A stretch of 19,617 nucleotides of DNA from Pseudomonadota bacterium (lineage in GTDB: Bacteria; Pseudomonadota; Gammaproteobacteria; JAKAQQ01): the NCBI GenBank assembly GCA_027320085.1, contig DAHVLZ010000026.1:1-19617 (forward strand). Reading direction: 5' to 3'. Of the stretch, positions 16,288-19,617 are shown one piece after another (position 1 is the stretch's first letter; every line of letters begins with the position of its first letter). The position numbers and the translations under genes are program-made. The notes under the pieces were generated by a model, which worked only from the letters and a program-made list of their open reading frames with translations, was not told the origin of the DNA and did not search any database.

Positions 16288-17118
16288 ATGATGGAGACAC
16301 AAAGGGTCCCGCCCTTCCGCCGATCCGGGAGGTTTCTCCTTCCGGCTGCCATGGTTCTTCTGGCAGCCGCCGCAGGGGTGGCGCACCGGGTTCCCGACCG
16401 GGTCGGCATCGTGCCGGTTTTCGCCTTTCCGGTCGGGCATGCGGTCAACGTCTTCTGGCTCCCCCGGGACCGGATCTTTGTCTATTACGGCAACGGCGAC
16501 TACTTCCGCTGGCAGACGAACCGTTGGACCGTGGCACCCCTTGCCTCAGGACCCTGGCAACCGCCACAGGCTGCCGGTGTCGTCATTCCGCACGCACTCA
16601 CCTTCGGTCCGCCACCCCCGATCGAGGCCGATGCCGCCTACTTCGCCTGGTGGCGCGGGACGGTCGCCGACTGGTGGCAGATCCATCATCCCCGCTGGTG
16701 GACGGCCTTCGGGAGTGCACTGGGACAATACCGCACCTGGCAGGCGCAGGCGCTCCCCCGCCTGCGGGCCCACCCCCGTTTCTGGCATCTTGCCGGGGGG
16801 CTCCGGTTGAGGCCCGTCTTTGCGTCCGGGCAGGTGGTGATCCAGCCCAGCCAGATCCAGAGCAGGATCCTGACACCCGACCTGTCCGGCCGATACTACC
16901 GCAACGCCCGCCGTGCCTACGAGTGGAGCCATTCCTGGGCTGTGCCCGGAAGCTATGGCTTCGAGGCGGACCCAGGCTGGCCGGGGATGGATCCCTATCC
17001 CGTCTTCTGGGGTGGGTCGGTCGAGATTCAGGGTGGCGGATACGGAGGTCCTTTTCCCTTTGGCGTGTGGGGCGGTTTCCCGTACCCGATCTTCTTTGGT
17101 GGTTTTTTCCGGCGGTGA
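16288..17118 (+). CDS. Exported Trp/Pro/Gly-rich hypothetical protein
   Basis: AGGAG RBS before ATG 16288; signal-like RRSGRFLLPAAMVLLAAAAGVA; aromatic-rich body and Gly/aromatic C-terminal tail. Confidence 0.65.
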   Translation: MMETQRVPPFRRSGRFLLPAAMVLLAAAAGVAHRVPDRVGIVPVFAFPVGHAVNVFWLPRDRIFVYYGNGDYFRWQTNRWTVAPLASGPWQPPQAAGVVIPHALTFGPPPPIEADAAYFAWWRGTVADWWQIHHPRWWTAFGSALGQYRTWQAQALPRLRAHPRFWHLAGGLRLRPVFASGQVVIQPSQIQSRILTPDLSGRYYRNARRAYEWSHSWAVPGSYGFEADPGWPGMDPYPVFWGGSVEIQGGGYGGPFPFGVWGGFPYPIFFGGFFRR

Positions 17119-17240
17119 AATCCAAGCGAGAGAGGTCCCTCAGTCTCTGATGGACAATCCGCTCGAGGAGGCTTGGAACCGTCTCCATACGCACCGGTCA
17201 TGGGACCGGCTCTCCGCACTGGCCACTGCCGATCCCCTGC

Positions 17241-17268
17241 GTGTGGAACGGATGGTGTGGAACGGATG
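17241..17268. repeat. 14-bp perfect tandem duplication GTGTGGAACGGATG x2
   Basis: 17241-17254 is identical to 17255-17268. Confidence 0.9.
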
Positions 17269-17289
17269 GTCGGCCCTGGCAATACAGGA

Positions 17290-17298
17290 TGTTATAAT
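17290..17298 (+). promoter_or_regulatory. Candidate extended -10 sigma70 promoter element TGTTATAAT
   Basis: Perfect TGnTATAAT in GC-rich DNA, ~90-120 bp upstream of the lipoprotein/TPR operon; no clear -35. Confidence 0.45.
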
Positions 17299-17385
17299 TC
17301 CCACTACTCCCTCCACCGGGGTGTCAATGGAATGGCAAAAAATCTCGGGGAGATTACAAGGCCCCATGGCATTTGAGCCACGGCC

Positions 17386-18561
17386 TTGCGTTCCGGGGAT
17401 TCGATGGGCAGTATCTTCATGCGCGGGCACGAAAAGCAAGACCTCTCGTGCTCCTCGGCGGGGATTCTGTGGCGGGAGTTCCTGCCTGCTGTGATCCTCT
17501 TCCCCAGCCTGCTCGGCGGTTGTGCGTCCACACCCCAGCCGCCACGCGTAGAAGTCAATCCCGTCCGGCTCGAGCACGCCCGCTATGTCGAGGTCACCTA
17601 CACAAGCCATCGCCCCCCGGAAATCAGCTATCTCGAGAGACTGCCGGCCAAAGTCGCCCATCCACGCGGCGTGATGTGCGAGCCGCGAGAGCCCGCGCCG
17701 CGTCCGTGGACCCGGGGTGCCTGGTACTGGAAAACCCATCATCTCCTCACCCGGACTCGGGCGCGAAGACGGCTCCGCCGTGAGATGCGGAGGCTCGGAC
17801 TCAATCAGCTGGACCTGGAGGTGGAAAGACCCCTGGGGGCCCTGTCTCGGCTCGTGGCCGAGCTTGAAACCCGGGGCATCCGCGTGGTGGCCTTGACCGG
17901 GGAACCCGCGGACATCGACCATCCCAAGCGTCTCGAGACCACGATCAATGCCGTCCTGGATTTCAACCGCAACCACGTCCACGGCTTTTCCGGTCTCCAG
18001 TTCGACATCGAGCCCTACGCGCTCCCGGATTTTGCACGGCAGAAGCGGAGGGACTACCTCCGTTATGCCCGGCTCATCCGGGACATCCGCGCCCGCATCG
18101 GACGGGCGATCCCGTGGAGCGTGGTCGTGCCGTTCTGGTTCGACCAGGTCCCCTGGAAGGGCGGAAGCCTCCTCACCTATGTCCAGAGACAGGCGGATGC
18201 CGTCGTGATCATGGCCTACCGCTCCCGTTACCCGGCTGTTCTGGCCCTGGCCCGGCCAGGGCTCTGCGAGGGCCAGCGGCTCGGCAAGCCGGTCTACTTG
18301 GGGATCGAAACCGCTTCCCTGCCCGATCAAGACCATTTCTTCCTGACGCGCCACGAGTTCCGGCGTGAACTCCAAAACGCGAAGGGACATCTCGATCTCA
18401 GAAGACGGATCACGATGGCTGACCGTGTGGTCTATCACTACGCGGTCAAGGGCTCTCGCCTGTCCTTCCATTCGCATCCGGACCGACTGCGTCGTCTTCT
18501 CGGCCGGAGACCGGCCTACGCGAGCTTCGCCGGCTGGATCCTCGAGGGACTGGGTTCATGA
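17386..18561 (+). CDS. Putative lipoprotein with glycoside-hydrolase-like (GH18-like) TIM barrel
   Basis: Lipobox LLGGC (Cys 17521); RGAWYW, FSGLQFDIEPY, ADAVVIMAYR, KPVYLGIET, FAGW motifs in beta/alpha-barrel order; start may be ATG 17404 or 17419. Confidence 0.7.
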   Translation: MRSGDSMGSIFMRGHEKQDLSCSSAGILWREFLPAVILFPSLLGGCASTPQPPRVEVNPVRLEHARYVEVTYTSHRPPEISYLERLPAKVAHPRGVMCEPREPAPRPWTRGAWYWKTHHLLTRTRARRRLRREMRRLGLNQLDLEVERPLGALSRLVAELETRGIRVVALTGEPADIDHPKRLETTINAVLDFNRNHVHGFSGLQFDIEPYALPDFARQKRRDYLRYARLIRDIRARIGRAIPWSVVVPFWFDQVPWKGGSLLTYVQRQADAVVIMAYRSRYPAVLALARPGLCEGQRLGKPVYLGIETASLPDQDHFFLTRHEFRRELQNAKGHLDLRRRITMADRVVYHYAVKGSRLSFHSHPDRLRRLLGRRPAYASFAGWILEGLGS

Positions 18562-19617
18562 GAAATCTCAGGTTCGTGGCCGTGGCTGTGGCCAGCGCGG
18601 TCGTTATCGCGGCGGCGGTCTATCTTGTGAACCAGATCGAAAGCCAGCCGGCCACGGCGGGCCGTTCTCCGCGTCACCCGGGCATTCTGGCCCTGGTACT
18701 CGCTTCGCATTGCCGGAGCGGCGAGTTGGGAGCCGCCCGGCAGCTGATCCGGCAGATCACGAGTCCCATCCGCAATGCCGCGCTTCGTCGAGCCGTGGTC
18801 CATTGCGAGCAGGATTTCCGTTTTGCCGACGCCGAGACCGATCTCCGTCGGGGAAAGGCAGGCCGTGCGATCCGTCTCATGACACCCTGGTACCCCCGAG
18901 GGCCGGATCCCTACCGGGCCGGGGTCATCCTGCTCCATGCCACGCTCCTCGAGCACCACCTGAACCGTGCGATCGCCATGGGAGTCTCCCTCGAGGCACG
19001 CTATCCGCATGATGCCTCCATTGCCGGACTTCTCCGGCGCCTGACGACCCGGGCCCGCCTCGATCAGGCCCGGCGCGCACTCACGACCGGTCATCCCCAC
19101 ATGGCCATAGCGCTCGCCGGACCGGTCTATCGGGCCGGACAGGACCGCTACCGGGCCGGAGAAATCCTGGCCCAGGCCGAACTCGCCGTGCATCAGCTGG
19201 ATGCGGCGAAGCGCATCTACGCGAGCCTTGTGAAGCGTTACCCCGCTGATCTCCACCTTCGGAAAAAAGCTGGGCAGCTTCGGTTGGGTGCCGGCCTGGC
19301 CGCTGCCCGGCGGGCGCTTTCTGCCCATGAGCCGGCCCGTGCCCTGGTCCTGGCCGGGCCGCTCTACCGGAGCGGGCAGGATCCTTACGGCAGTGGACTG
19401 GTCGTGGCCCGGGCGGATCTGGCGCTTGGCCATCCGGGGCGGGCGGCGGTGGTCTATGCGGCGCTCGCCCGGCGATATCCCGCCGATCGCGAGCTGGGGC
19501 GAGAGGCTTCCGCACTCGAGGTCCGGAAGACGCTGGATCTGGCGCGGAAGGATCTTGGGGCGCATGAGCCGGCCCGTGCGCTGGTCCTGGCCGGGCCGCT
19601 CTACCGGAGCGGGCAGG
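18558..19617 (+). CDS. Exported TPR-like repeat protein, 3'-truncated by window edge (absent from the ORF track because no stop is present)
   Basis: ATGA overlap with the upstream stop; MRNLRFVAVAVASAVVIAAAVYLV N-terminal anchor/signal; open to the window end with ~79-aa repeats ARRxLxxxxPxxAxxLAGPxYRxGxDxYxxG...YxxLxxRYPxD. Confidence 0.85.
   Translation, partial: MRNLRFVAVAVASAVVIAAAVYLVNQIESQPATAGRSPRHPGILALVLASHCRSGELGAARQLIRQITSPIRNAALRRAVVHCEQDFRFADAETDLRRGKAGRAIRLMTPWYPRGPDPYRAGVILLHATLLEHHLNRAIAMGVSLEARYPHDASIAGLLRRLTTRARLDQARRALTTGHPHMAIALAGPVYRAGQDRYRAGEILAQAELAVHQLDAAKRIYASLVKRYPADLHLRKKAGQLRLGAGLAAARRALSAHEPARALVLAGPLYRSGQDPYGSGLVVARADLALGHPGRAAVVYAALARRYPADRELGREASALEVRKTLDLARKDLGAHEPARALVLAGPLYRSGQ
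19326..19617 (+). repeat. Intragenic 55-bp near-identical direct repeat, period 237 bp
   Basis: 19326-19380 vs 19563-19617: 54/55 identical; the second copy is cut by the window edge. Confidence 0.9.

Noticed and set aside
17149-17494. Possible small ORF MDNPLEEAWNRL...
   Set aside because: No good RBS; it overlaps the candidate promoter and the next gene, and has no recognisable motif.
17140-19565. 445-aa and 349-aa minus-strand ORFs
   Set aside because: Antisense shadows of the lipoprotein and TPR-like genes.

Overview
GC-rich bacterial chromosomal window, probably proteobacterial. The very Arg-rich exported proteins hint at an acidophile (inference). Left to right: the terminal repeat and start of an IS3-like element running off the left edge; decayed vapC and DUF4143-like fragments; a two-motif CDGSH [2Fe-2S] protein bracketed by an imperfect inverted repeat; a secreted hypothetical and a 4-TM membrane protein; a small gene split by an in-frame TAG; a repeat-containing intergenic region; a tightly coupled SDR (glucose 1-dehydrogenase-like)-GMC oxidoreductase-MFS operon divergent from a large secreted six-hairpin glycosidase-like gene; a wzx-glf pair followed by an ISNCY transposase remnant; a lipoprotein; yeaO/DUF488; a second, broken flippase; and four co-oriented envelope genes ending in a GH18-like TIM-barrel lipoprotein coupled to a 79-aa TPR-like repeat protein that runs off the right edge. 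No rRNA, tRNA or convincing CRISPR array was seen. The best candidates for undescribed systems are the oxidative glycoside-utilisation cluster (3503-9898) and the putative polysaccharide-export operon at the right edge (17290-19617).
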